Shown here: positions 1 to 12,300 of the stretch, piece by piece
How the letters are laid out: each line of letters starts with the position of its first letter
How positions within the stretch are numbered: position 1 is the first letter of the stretch
Source of the DNA: the human T2T-CHM13v2.0 reference genome, Homo sapiens
Length of the DNA: 64,000 nucleotides
Reading direction: 5' to 3' (one strand)
Assembly: GCF_009914755.1 (NCBI RefSeq)
Contig: NC_060926.1
Program-made: the position numbers and the translations under genes
The notes under the pieces: model-generated
What the model was told of the DNA's origin: nothing
Seen by the model: the letters and a program-made list of their open reading frames with translations, nothing else
The model's database searches: none

Positions 1-120
1 TTAGAGAGTTTGACATCTGCTTCATGATCCAGGAATCAAATGGAGAATAGGATGAAGAAGGGGCAATGGGCATGTAACAAGTCTTAACATGTCTTTGAAG
101 CCCACACAAAACATTTCTGC

Positions 121-241
121 TTTATTTATTTATTTATTTATTGGTTTTTTTCTTTTTTTTATTATTACTATACTTTAAGTTTTAGAGTACATGTGCACAA
201 CGTGTAGGTTTGTTACATATGTATACATGTGCCATGTTGGT
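121..241 (-). mobile_element. Short L1PA 3'-end fragment (L1PA4-7-like) inserted in an old MLT1-like LTR
   Basis: T-rich tail followed by TATACTTTAAGTTTTAGAGTACATGTGCACAACGTG...GTGCCATGTTGGT, the reverse complement of the L1PA 3' terminus. Flanks resemble MLT1 (GAAATGTGGTCTTTATT). Confidence 0.85.
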
Positions 242-2714
242 AAGAGGAGCCTGAGAAATGTGGTCTTTATTCAGCTTATCATATGCCCAGCTAAAAACTA
301 GATGTTGTATTCTGAAGGAAGAAAAGGAAGAATAGGTATTAGCTTAGTCACTTCACTATGCCTAAACCAAAGTACTGAGTACATAAGCATTCATCAGAGT
401 GAAATATCCTCTCATCCTAGAACCTTTTTATTGAATTGGGCTGTTTCAAAGGGTTACATGTTGGAAAGATAAGGTATTAACCTAAGTGTCCAAAATTGTT
501 TTGCTGTAATGTCTTTCTTAGTTTATTATCAAATCTTCAGAGATAATTTCCTTTTTCTTCAATATAGGGGAGCTGGCTTTTTCGTGCAATGGCTTTGAAA
601 TACCTCTACTCTCCCTAGAAGTAAAAAGGCACAAAAATGATGATATATTCATTGTCTTTCCTATTTTCTCATCAGTGTAACTCATGCTTCCATTGCTTGC
701 AGCCAACAGATGTCACTGTTTCTGGCTAAAACAGACACACACAATCTAAAAATTCTTTGAACAAAAAGAGAGTCTAAGACACATAAGCATCTTAAAATTG
801 ACAAAAGAAAAAGTGAGTGGAACCTACTACACAATTTGCATGGCACAAGGATCCTCCTCTTCTTGTGCCCAAGAAGTACAGTTTTGGTGAGAAAGCCCAG
901 TGACAGAAAATCAAAAAATGAGAAACAGGAGTCAGGCCTTAATGAGCAGTCCATCAGAAAGTGATGTAATGGGGGCATAGAGTGAGAAAAGGCATTCAGC
1001 ACAGGCAAGATGAAGATGGAACAAGTGTGAGATTAATAGAAATAAATGAAACACATAAGGGAGTCAAGGAAATCTGAAATGAATTGTGAGTCTTGGGCAT
1101 GATTTCCAGAGGGACAGGAGGAGGGTGATGAGGGGCCTTGAGGGTCAGCCGGCACATATTTAGTCAGTTATAATAAGGGAAAATTGCTTCCTCATTACAA
1201 GGCTAGAAAGGATGTTGATAAATTTTTCTCCCTTTTAGATAACTGCACAGAAGTTATAATTGGTATGAGGAAGCATGGGCAGCACGGTTCAGTCCCTTGC
1301 TCAACAGGAAAACCCTAGGGGCATGTGCCAAGCTGGATGATAATGACAGCTGTGACTATCAAATCATGCAGCTGGCCTTTCAGAGGAGACGGGGGTCGAC
1401 CCCAGAGACAAACTGGTTATGTCTAGGTCTCCAAGGAGAGGAGTGAGGAACTCTTTTCCTGAAATGACCATAAAAATGACAAGTTTATTTAACAGGTATG
1501 GAGAAGGTGAAAGGAGCTATATGTAGTGGGATATTTTTAAATACAAAGTTATTCTTTCAGAGGAGATCAGGAACATGATTCCTGGGGACTTGACATTGTA
1601 TTTAATAAGAAGTTCACTAGTTTTAGATAAATATCTTATTTTCTTGTCTACTCTGATTGTATGAAATGAAGAATCAAAATGAGACTCTCTTTTCTCAGAT
1701 GTCCACAAATTTTCATAACAAACACAAACAAATGAAGATCTTAAGAATAAAACCCAAGACCTTTGTTATTTGGGAGTTATCTGGGTGCTGTCTTAGAAAA
1801 ATCTTCGCATCATAAGAAAACTTCAAAAATGTTGACAGAAATGTCCTTTTGGCTTTATGATAATTTGTCTAAATTATTTGTGACAGTTTATATAATATGC
1901 TTTCAACATTTTACAAAGTAAACTGCAGGCTCACATGTGTATGATGTTCATACAGAAACCACCCTGGTTTGTTGGTGCATTTACAGATTTAGACCTAGAT
2001 TATCAGTCTTACAGGAGCTGAACTGATCCCAATAGGTTGTTTTCCCAGATTATGCTAATAGCTGAACATCTGGAAAAAGAGTCAAAAAGAAAATATTTCA
2101 CCTTTTAGAGATGATAATATAAGCCACAGTTTTTTTAGTCATATAACACATTAGTTTTAAAGATAAAACTTGGGACTGCATTCCTGGTGATATGTGTGTC
2201 TGTCTACACTGTACATGGCAGTACATCACTTTTTAAGGGTATAGAAATGAGCCATTGTAGGTCTCAAATGCTTAACACTAATGCTATTAGACTTGGTAAA
2301 TCTTTACAGGACTCATAAAATAATATTTCTTATGCAGAAATCTGTTAGCGTCCCTGAACATTCAGGGAATAATAGAACTTCAGTTCCTGTGGCTTTCCAG
2401 TAAGCTTAAAATCAAATGTTTACTTCGTCTAGATTCATGGTTACTCTCTGAGCAGACATTCTACACTGGAGTAAGACAGTCTCTCTACATTACAAAATTA
2501 TTTATTGCTTCTAAAAATTGAGAACCAATTTGTTATAATCTGTTCTTTTACAGATCCTCACATGAATACTTGAAACTCTGAAGTGATATTGTTTCCAACA
2601 GATTTGCCTCTCTGCGAATACTAAAATTATTTTAGGTAACTTGGTAGAGTACAGTAGCTTCCTTGCTATTTCTCTTTGATGAAGCTAGGGATTAACAAAT
2701 GCCATTGTTCCTTG

Positions 2715-3140
2715 TCACAGACATTTACTGAAGATCTGCTTTGGCTGGACATACCATTATGCTCCACTACTGTATGGTGAGGTACAGTACATGTTTCCTT
2801 TCTAAGGGCGGGGGAGGCTTACAATCTTCTGGGGGAGATGGGAATGTGCATAAAGGGTAATCACAATGACAAACAGCATTTGTAAGGAGCCCCTTGAGAG
2901 GTGCAGGAAACCATAAGAAACAGAGGCCACTCAGAACTGGAAGTGAAGCTGGAGTCCATAAAGAACTCAAAGAGAGTCTAGAATTTAACCTAAGTCTTGA
3001 AGCAAAATAGGGCTTTGACAGATGGTTGAGTAAAAATAAAAATAAAAATAATAAATGGCCATTTTAAGACCATCTGAGCTAAGCAGGAGAATGGAATGTG
3101 CCAGCCAAATGCCAGGAATGATGAAGAGTTATTCTTGAGA
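2715..3140 (-). mobile_element. Degenerate L2 fragment
   Basis: ACAGACATTTACTGAAG and downstream purine-rich motifs typical of antisense L2. Boundaries approximate. Confidence 0.45.
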
Positions 3141-3177
3141 TGGTCTATAGGACATGTCTTTGGGATCTGAGAACATT

Positions 3178-3207
3178 AAAACAAACAAAGAAACAAACAA
3201 ACAAACA
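3178..3207. repeat. (AAAC)n microsatellite
   Basis: AAAACAAACAAAGAAACAAACAAACAAACA read directly. Confidence 0.85.
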
Positions 3208-4954
3208 GTTTGCCTCATTTAAGAGTGTCAAACAGAGTTAGAAGAAAGGGATGTTGTCTGTGTTTGTGGCTTGGGAAGACTGAAACTGCTTCCTGAAGGA
3301 GCTGCAATGCTCAGCATAGAATGTGATGCAAGGTATATTAAAGCAGGCAGCAGAGACTAAGAGAGAAGCCATCAAGCCCGATCCTTAAGAAGTTTCCCTA
3401 TCACAGATATATAAGTGTGAGTAGACTGCATATTGAGGAGCTCACTGGCTCTTTTTGACATATGTCAGTTCATGCAAAAAGTCTTCACACCCACTAAATT
3501 CCATATCAAAAAAGGCTTGGTTTTGGAATGTTTGATTATTATGGTACGTTATTTTCTGCCAAAGCAATGTTAATTGTCAGAAATATAGGAATCAAATCTC
3601 TATTCAAGTCAGTAAGACCAGCTCTTATACAAGAAGCTCAAGGTGTAGCTTGATTTCATTTTTATTAATTGACTTAGCAGCAGAAATAATGATGAATTTA
3701 GTGGCATCTAAATGAGAACATTTTAAGGCCATTGAATAAGAAAAATTTCAACAGTATATTTTCAATGAAGCGTTTGATTTCACTTACAAAATCATCTCAC
3801 CTCACAGAATTGTATTTCATTAGCAGTTATTACTGATCAATTAATTCTTAGAAAAGGGACATAAAATAGCAGAACCAGAGGCATTCTCACATAAACTCTC
3901 TGGCAGTTTCTTTGTCCATGTGAATCATCATCTTGCTCAGGAATTAGCACAGATACTGCTGGGGCAAAAGGCAATAAAATGACCTGTCTATGAGCTTAAG
4001 GATGCATTCAAATAAGGCAGGGAGCTACTTGACTCCACATGAAAGTGGGTTGAGATTCAGACTTTTAAGAATGAGTTATATGATTCATTGTGCACTTACT
4101 AGAGAGCCAAAGAAAATCCATCATAGAAACTAAGTGCAAAAGTAAGTCTTCTTGTGTCTTACAAAATTTTCTTCTTGACAAGGCCTATGAATTATACAAT
4201 TAACACTAAAAAGCTTGCAAATAATGGCAAAAAAATTCTTAACATATGAACACAAATAAATAATATTTTAATCTTTAATTCATTTAAAGATTTTTTTAAT
4301 ACTATAGGAACATTGAAACATACAAAACATTGTGTCAATTGCTTTTGGTAATACAAGATTACATAAAAGCCAGCCACATCCTAAAACCAAACTACTGTGT
4401 GATTAGCAGAAATGCTAGTAGAATTGGGTTTAGCTCCTACCTTCCTTTTCGAATTGCTAATGCTATTCTTTGCCACTCATTTTCCTGAATATTCCCAGGC
4501 TATTTTTGAATCCCTTTATTTTTTAAATTGTTCCTAAATCATCAATTTTATTTCTCCTTCTTTAGGGGATTCAAGTTCTGCCCATGCTTTTGTGCCAATC
4601 TCAATCTTCACTTCCTCAATGAAACTTTTCAGATGCTCCAACCTGTTGTCTTTCCTACTTCCTCAACACCATTTATTTAGTTAACTTTAATAATCTATAA
4701 ATTGCTTTACCTGTTTACTTACTGGTTCATCTGAAAATAAGTGAATGCTTTACCATCTACATGTCCAATGCTTTAAAGCAATTGGGAAATAGTAATTGTC
4801 ATTGTTTCCCTATTTTGAACACAGTAATGTAATTCAAAATTGTTTTGTATTAAAAAAGAAAACACAAAGAAACCTTAAGCTAATTCCATTTATATCAACA
4901 TAATCCAGTCCCTTTCTCAATAGAGAAAAATAAAACAGATTAAATTTTGTCTTC

Positions 4955-5055
4955 ATTTTTTATTTATTTAATTTTTAGAGAGATAGGGTCTCTCTCTGTC
5001 ACTTAGGCTGGAGTGCAGTGGTGTGTGATCATGACTTACTACAGCCTCGACCTCC
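4955..5055 (-). mobile_element. 5'-truncated AluJ/FLAM-type fragment
   Basis: T-rich tail, then GAGATAGGGTCTCTCTCTGTCACTTAGGCTGGAGTGCAGTGG...CAGCCTCGACCTCC. Possible TSD ATTTTGT at 4944-4950 and 5056-5062. Confidence 0.85.
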
Positions 5056-5120
5056 ATTTTGTTTGTAAAATATCATTTAAAACATATGTGAAAATCAACA
5101 CATGGCTTGTCATTCTATAG

Positions 5121-5335
5121 CAAGGGGTGGCAAACTACAGCCCCGTGAACCAAATCCAAACTACCATCTACTTTTTGTAAATAAAGTTCTGTTGGAACCA
5201 TACCCCACCTATTCATCTACTGGTCTGTGGCTGTTTTTGTGCCACAACATTAGAGTGGGGTAGAGGCAACAGAGACTGTACAGTCTGCAAAGCCTGTTTG
5301 CAATATGGTGATTTATAGTTTGCTGACCCTTTTTC
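5121..5335. mobile_element. MER58A-like hAT-Charlie DNA transposon
   Basis: Starts CAAGGGGTGGCAAACTACAGCCC, contains TTGTAAATAAAGTTCTGTTGGAAC, ends AGTTTGCTGACCCT (terminal inverted-repeat pattern). Confidence 0.8.
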
Positions 5336-5394
5336 TAGAGCAAGGCAGAAAGCTACGGTACACATTTTAACCTTTGAAAGCCTACTTAAATGTC

Positions 5395-6415
5395 AGTGGC
5401 TAAATGTCATTGATGAACAAAAGGAAATAGGGATTGTGTAGAAATGGTTGACTCAAGGACTGTGGCAGGAACAATACAAGAGGAATCTGGAGCGTCATAT
5501 GGTGGCAGTAAATGAGGAAGTGCTCCATAAAGGATGTGAGCACAACAAAAAGGCACAGAAACTGACCTGAAAGAGCTCTCAATGTCCAGAACTGGAACAA
5601 TTTGGGGCAAAAAATAAATAACAACAGTATTGGAATATAATCCATAGAAAAAAATTAAAACCCATATAAATATATAATTAATACATGCATGGAAAATAGA
5701 ATATCACCATTAGAACACCATAATACTAACTGTTGCTGGAAAGATCCACCAATGAATGCTGAAATTCATGGGTGAAAATTTAAGAAGAAACAAGGTATTT
5801 GCAGAGTCTCAGGGTATCTTTCCCAAGATGTATCAATTTCAAATGAAAAAAATAATAAGAGTAAAGCAATCCAGTAGGCCATCACCTTAACCAAGTGGTT
5901 AAAGTTAACATCACCAGTAAAAAGACACATGAACATCAATTACCCCCTTGATATGATACATTGAGAAAGGCACATCGCCATTGTGGTATTCTTGCTAAAA
6001 ATGCAACTTAAATCTACTCATGAGAAAATATTAGGCAAACCCCCCAAACGTGATAGTCTACAAAATAAGTAAATAATACTCTCCAAAATGCCAAGGTCAT
6101 GAAAGAAAAAGGACAGAACTGTCACAGATTGGGGAATTCTAAGACACCACAAATAAATTCAATATAGGATCCTGTATTACATCCTGTAAGAGAAAGGGGA
6201 CATAGGGGAAACACTGGCAAAATATGTATAGAAAGTTTAGTTAATTGATAATATTGTTGCAATGTTTATTTCGTATTTTTGATCATCATGCTATAGTTAT
6301 ATAAAATATTACATAAACTAGGTAAAGGTTATGAGGTTTTATGCAGGAACTCTCTGTACTATTTTTTACAAATTTTCTCTAAGTCTAAAATTCTTTCAAA
6401 ATAAAAAAAATTGAA
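5395..6415 (+). mobile_element. L1MC-type 3' region
   Basis: Motifs GAGCTCTCAATGTCCAGAACTGGAACAATTTG and AAAGTTAACATCACCAGTAA, ending CTAAGTCTAAAATTCTTTCAAAATAAAA. Confidence 0.75.
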
Positions 6416-7769
6416 ATCATTACCAAAAAAGTGAAATTATTTTAAAGTAAAATATTTGAAAAAATAGGTTTAGAAAAGAAAAAGCATAACTTTCTGATTA
6501 AGGAAAATAGAAACTCAGAGTGCTTCCTTTCATAGTGACAATATTCCTAGCTAATAAATTTAGGTTAATAACATGATTTCTAGATGCTGAAGAGAACAAT
6601 TGTTGTAGCTGTTAAATTGTTTCTGGGTAAAACTAGTTTCCTTGACTTTCATATAGTCACAGAATTTTAGCTATGATAGTAAAAGCTCAGAATAGTAGAA
6701 GAAATCCTAATTGAGTTGAAGAGGAGGAGGGCCAGACAGGATTGCCCTTGTTCTGTTGGGTCCTCACAGCCAGATATTCAGCACATGTCCTGACTACCTT
6801 AGGACCACCTGGAGACCGAGTGGCAGGTAACAGGCTAGACTTTGAAGGTCGCGAGGTTTCCCCTTCCCTTTTTCTATAGAAGGGAAGTTTTGTCTTTCTT
6901 GTACACTGAGGAAGACTTGATTTCTGTGCGTAGATTATGAAAATCATTGTCATTATTTTGGAGGTATATCTTATATTGGAATAAGGAATACAGAAAGTGA
7001 GAATGTTCTATATGCTGAAAAAACAATTAAAAAAAGAAAAAAAAACTTCCTCTATTTCAAAGAATTAACTCTGATATAAACTAGATGGTTTTTATTAATA
7101 TATGGTAAATTTGGAAAATGTTTTAAGGTAAAACACATTATATTAATTTCAATCATTTGGCAAATATTCACTGAGAGTTTTTGTGTGCCCAACACTCTGT
7201 TAGCCATTACTGAAAATTTAAGCACATGATTCCTCAATGCATACAATCTTTGGAAGCAACAAATGAACTCACAAAAAATAAGAAAAATTAAATGAAAAAA
7301 TATGACGATGAATACAAATAGGAAGAGATATTCAGAAAGATTAAGATATCCGCTAAAGGGAGTGCTCAGTACTGATGTCATAGGGAACATTGGAGTTAGT
7401 CTGTTTCTTGAAAAGGATAATAATAACAATAATAACACCAAAATGTTGGCTTTATCATAAAGATTAAATAAGATACTGCAGAAAAAAAATAAGTCCTTTC
7501 CTTCAAAAATCCATGTTTTTTAAAAAGTTGCATATATACTAAAAAACTAAGAGTAAAAAATACCATTTTAATTTTATGAATCAAATATAAGAAAGTGTTC
7601 TTTAAATAAGACACAAAAGGCAAAGCCCTTAAAAGTAAAAAAGTATACATTGTACTAAATCACAAACTTTAAATTTGTCTGAATCCAAAAATTCCATAAC
7701 CATAGCTTACAAAATCAAATAACATACTGGGAAAAAAAACATAGGCAAAAAATTAGGATAAGAAAGATA

Positions 7770-8050
7770 TTTATTTGAGACAGGGTCTCACTCTCACCCA
7801 GGCTGGAGTGCAGTGGCATAATCATGGCTCACTGCAGCCTCAACCTCCAAGGCTCAAGTGATCCTCCTATCTCAGCCCACCAAAGTAGGCAGGACTATAG
7901 GTATGCACCACCACACCCAGCTAATTTTTTTTATTTTTAGTAGAGATGGGGTCTTTGTATTCTGTCTAGGCTGCTCTCAAATCCCTGGGCTCAAGCAATC
8001 CTCTTCTCTCAGCCTTTCAAGGTTACAGGCGTGAGCCACTGCATCCAGCC
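7770..8050 (-). mobile_element. AluJ
   Basis: Dimeric Alu in reverse complement with J-type motifs (GGCTCAAGTGATCCTCC, GGGCTCAAGCAATCC), ending GTGAGCCACTGCATCCAGCC. Confidence 0.93.
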
Positions 8051-8072
8051 AATAAATATTTAGAATCAAGAA

Positions 8073-8934
8073 TATAAATTACTTTGGGCAGTATGGCCAT
8101 TTTCATGATACTGATTCTTCCTATCCACGAACATGGAATGTTTTTCCATTTGTTTGTGTCCTCTCTTATTTCCTTGAGCAGTGGTTTGTAGTTCTCTTTG
8201 AAGAGATCCTTCACATTCCTTATTAGCTATATTCCCATGTATTTTATTCTCTTTGTAGCAGTTGTGAATGGGAGTTCATTCATGATTTGGCTCTCTGCTT
8301 GTCTATTGTTGCTGTAAAGAAATGCTTGTGATTTTTGCACATTGATTTTGTATCCTAAGACCTTGCCAAAGTTGCTTATCAGCTTAAGGAGTTTTTGGGC
8401 TGAGACGTTGGGGTTTTCTAAATATAAAATCATGTCATCTGCAAACAGAGACAACTTGACTTCCTCTCTTCCTCTTTGAATATCATTTATTTCTTTCTCT
8501 TTCCTAATTGCCCTGGCCAGAACTTCCAACACTATCTTGAACAGGAGTGGTGAGAGAGGTCATCCTCATCTTGTACCAGTTTTCAAAGGGAATGCTTCCA
8601 GCTTTTGCCCATTCAATATGATATTGGCTGTGGCTTTGTCATAAATAGCTCTTACTATTTTGAGATGATATGTTCCATCAATACCTATTTTATTGAGAAT
8701 TTTTAACATAAAGGGATATTGAATTTTATCAAAGGCCTTTTCTGCATCTATTGAGATAATTATATGGTTTTTGTCTTTAGTTCTGTTTATGTTGTGAATT
8801 ACATATGTTGATTTGTGTATGTTGAACCAACCTTGCATCACGGGGAAGCATCCAACTTGAGCGTGGCTGATAAGATTTTGGATGTGCTGCTGAATTTGGT
8901 TTGCCAGTATATTATTAAAGATGTTTGCATCAAT
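8073..8934 (-). mobile_element. Inverted 5' segment (ORF2 RT region) of a twin-primed older L1PA
   Basis: Minus-strand ORFs at 8023-8841 translate as ORF2 RT, including LFADDMILY. The segment ends exactly where the plus-strand segment resumes in L1 coordinates. Confidence 0.93.
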
Positions 8935-10494
8935 TTATAGATTCAATGCTATTTCCATCAAACTACCACTGACATTCTTTGCAGAACGAGGAAAAGCTAC
9001 TTTAAATTTCATATGGAATCAAAGAAGATCCCATATAGCCAAGACAATTCTTAGCAAAAAGAACAAAGCTGGAGGTGTCATGCTACCTGATTTCAAACTA
9101 TACTACAAGGCTACAGTAAGCAAAACAGCATGATACTGGTACCAAAACAGACATATAGACCAATGGAACAGAACAGAGACCTCAGAATTAGCACCACACA
9201 CCTACAACCATCTGTTCTTCAACAAACCTGACAAAAACAAGCAGTGGGGAAAGGATCTCCTACTCAATAAATGGTGCTGGGAAAACTGGCTAGCCATATG
9301 CAGAAAACTGAAACTAGACCCTTTCCTTCACATTATACAAAAATTAACTCAATATGGATTAAAGACTTAAATGTAAAACCCAAAACCATGAAAACCCTAG
9401 AAGAACACATAGTCAATACCATTCAGGATGTAGGTATGGGCAAAGACTTCATGATAAAAATGCCAAAAGCAATTGCAACAAAAGCCAAAATTGACAAATG
9501 GGATATAATTAAACTAAACAGCTTCTGAACAGCAAAAGAAACTATCATCAGAGTGAGCAGGCAACCTACAGAATGGGAGAAAATTTTTGCAATCTACCCA
9601 TCTGACAAAGGTCTAATATCCTAAATTTATAAGGAACCTAAACAAATTTACAAGAAAAAAAAAACATCAAAAAGTAGGCAAAGGATATAAAAAGATCCTT
9701 CTCAAAATAAGACATTTACACAGCCAACAAACATATGAAAAAAAGCTCAACATCACTGATCATTACAGAAATGCACATCAAAACCACAATGAGATACCAT
9801 CTCATGTCAGTCAGAATGGCGATTATTAAAAAGTCAAGATTTAGATGCTGGCCAGGCTGTGGAGAAATAGGAATGCTTTTACACTGTTGGTGGGAATGTA
9901 AATTAGTTCAACCATTGTGGAAGATAGTATGGCAATTCCTCAAGGAACTAGAATCAAAAATACCACTTGACCCAGCAATGTCACTGCTGGGTATATACTC
10001 AAAGGATTATAAATCATTCTGCTATAAAGCCACATGCACACGTATGTTTATTGCAGCACTACTTACAATAACAAAGTCATGGAACCAACCCAAATGCCCA
10101 TCAACAATAGACTGGTTAAACAAAATGTGGTACATATACACTGTGGAATACTATGCAGCCATAAAAAGGAATGAGAACATGTCCTTTTCAGGGACATGGA
10201 TGAAGCTAGAAGCCATCATTCTCAGCAAACTAACACAGGAACAGAAAACCAAACACCACATGGTCTCACTCATAAGTGGGAGTTGAACAATGAGAACACA
10301 TGGACACAGTGAGGGGAATAACATATACCAGGGCCTGTTGGAGGCTGGGGGACGTGAAGAGGGAACACAGAGGATGGGTCAACAGGTGCAGCAAACCACC
10401 ATGGCACACGTATACCTATGTAACAAACCTGCACATTCTGCACATGTATCCCAGAACCTAAAGTAAAATAAAATGAAAGTTAATTTAATTTATA
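8932..10494 (+). mobile_element. Non-inverted 3' segment of the same older L1PA (L1PA8A/L1PA10-like)
   Basis: ORF2 C-terminal translation ([18 protein letters not shown]), 3' UTR GGATGGGTCAACAGGTGCAGCAAACCACCATGGCAC, and an A-rich tail. TSD AAGAATA at 8068-8074 and 10495-10501. Confidence 0.93.
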
Positions 10495-11406
10495 AAGAAT
10501 ACATAAATAACTCAGAAGACCCATGAACTTAAATCAAAATAAAATTACATCATTATTATCCCGGCTCTACCTGAAATTTTAGCATTTCCTTTTATTATAA
10601 ATACAGTCAACAAACCAGAGTGGCTTGAATCATACCTGAGACTGTCAAGATTCAAATCTGTAGGTTGCAGACATCTAGAAATATTGTTTACATTCATCAC
10701 TTTCTCCAAATTACAGTACTGTGGATTCACCACTATATCTTACTGTTTAATGCATTAATTTTAAAAATGTTCCTATATTATAATTTGTTTTTACCTTTTT
10801 GGTATTTATATTTTAATATAATTGAGTTCCGTTGGAATCCTATGTATTTTATTACAAAAAATTTAAAATATACTCTGAGAAGGAATTCACTGGGTTCGCT
10901 GGGCTGCCAAAGGGTCCTATGGTACAAAAAAGGCTAACTACCCCTGACCATGTTGACAAGAATAGAACTTTACCAAAAATGGTGAGAGTAAACAGCTAGT
11001 ATCAAAATGCTGTGTATGCAATATGATATGACTTGTATGAGTTTTTACGAAAATCACACAAAATATCATATATTTTTCATGAAATCATATTCATGAATAA
11101 CAATCTATAAATATAAATGTGAGGAGACACACTAAATTTATGCCTCTATAGTTTTTGCTGCTGGGAATAGAGAGGTGAATAGGACATGAGAAGATGGACA
11201 AAATATTTCATATTTAGGCACAGTATGTTATTTCTTTTCTTTAGAAAAACAGGAAAAACTGCTGGCATTTTTAACAACTATAAATTCTGGGCCATGGGTA
11301 CAGTGGTGGTTGTGTGTTTCATTTTTTTTAATTCTCAAAATAAAAGTTGAATAAACGTGTATAAATCAATTCAAGGTAAGATACTGACTGTATAATAAAC
11401 ACTTCA

Positions 11407-12300
11407 GATGGGGAAAGATGGCCGAATAGGAACAGCTCCGATCTACAGCTCCCAGCGTGAGCGACGCAGAAGACGGGTGATTTCTGCATTTCCATCTGAG
11501 GTACCGGGTTCATCTCACTAGGGAGTGCCAGACAGTGGGCACAGGTCGGTGGGTGCGCGCACCGTGCGCGAGCCGAAGCAGGGTGAGGCATTGCCTCACT
11601 CGGGAAGCGCAAGGGGTCAGGGAGTTCCCTTTCCTAGTCAAAGAAAGGGGTGACAGACAGCACCTGGAAAATCGGGTCACTCCCACCCGAATACTGCGCT
11701 TTTCCGACGGGCTTAAAAAACGGCGCACCATGAGATTATATTCCACACCTGGCTCGGAGGGTCCTATGCCCACGGAGTCTCGCTGATTGCTAGCACAGCA
11801 GTCTGAGATCAAACTGCAAGGCGGCAGCCAGGCTGGGGGAGGGGCACCCGCCATTGCCCAGGCTTGCTTAGGTGAACAAAGCAGCAGGGAAGCTCGAACT
11901 GGGTGGCGCCCACCACAGCTCAAGGAAGCCTGCCTGCCTCTGTAGGCTCCACATCTGGGGGCAGGGCACAGACAAACAAAAAGACAGCAGTAACCTCTGC
12001 AGACTTAAATGTCCCTGTCTGACAGCTTTGAAGAGAGCAGTGGTTCTCCCAGTACGCAGCTGGAGAACTGAGAACGGGCAGACTGCCTCCTCAAGTGGGT
12101 CCCTGACCCCTCACCCTCGAGCAGCCTAACTGGGAGGCACCCCCAGCAGGGGCACACTGACACCTCACACGGCAGGGTACTCCAACAGACCTGCAGCTGA
12201 GGGTCCTGTCTGTTAGAAGGAAAACTAACAAACAGAAAGGACATCCACACCAAAAGGACATCACCATCATCAAAGACCAAAAGTAGATAAAACCACAAAG
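11407..12300 (+). promoter_or_regulatory. L1 5' UTR: CpG-rich internal sense promoter and antisense promoter; YY1 site at 11415-11424
   Basis: AAGATGGCCG YY1 motif and high CpG density against CpG-poor flanks. Promoter function is established for this family but not shown for this copy. Confidence 0.85.
11510..11854 (-). CDS. ORF0: L1 antisense ORF0, open for 114 codons
   Basis: ATG at 11854-11852, translating MAGAPPPAWLPPCSLISDCCASNQRDSVGIGPSEPG... which matches primate L1 ORF0p. No stop until 11512-11510. Confidence 0.65.
   Translation of the reverse strand: MAGAPPPAWLPPCSLISDCCASNQRDSVGIGPSEPGVEYNLMVRRFLSPSEKRSIRVGVTRFSRCCLSPLSLTRKGNSLTPCASRVRQCLTLLRLAHGARTHRPVPTVWHSLVR

Noticed and set aside
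842-2368. Small hairpins at 842-869 and 2351-2368
   Set aside because: 8-bp stems are expected by chance in 64 kb, and there is no ncRNA context.
1239-2635. Plus-strand acceptor/donor pairs (1239-1495 and 2554-2635)
   Set aside because: No convincing reading frame or recognisable product, and signal strength is within what occurs by chance. Cannot be supported without RNA data.
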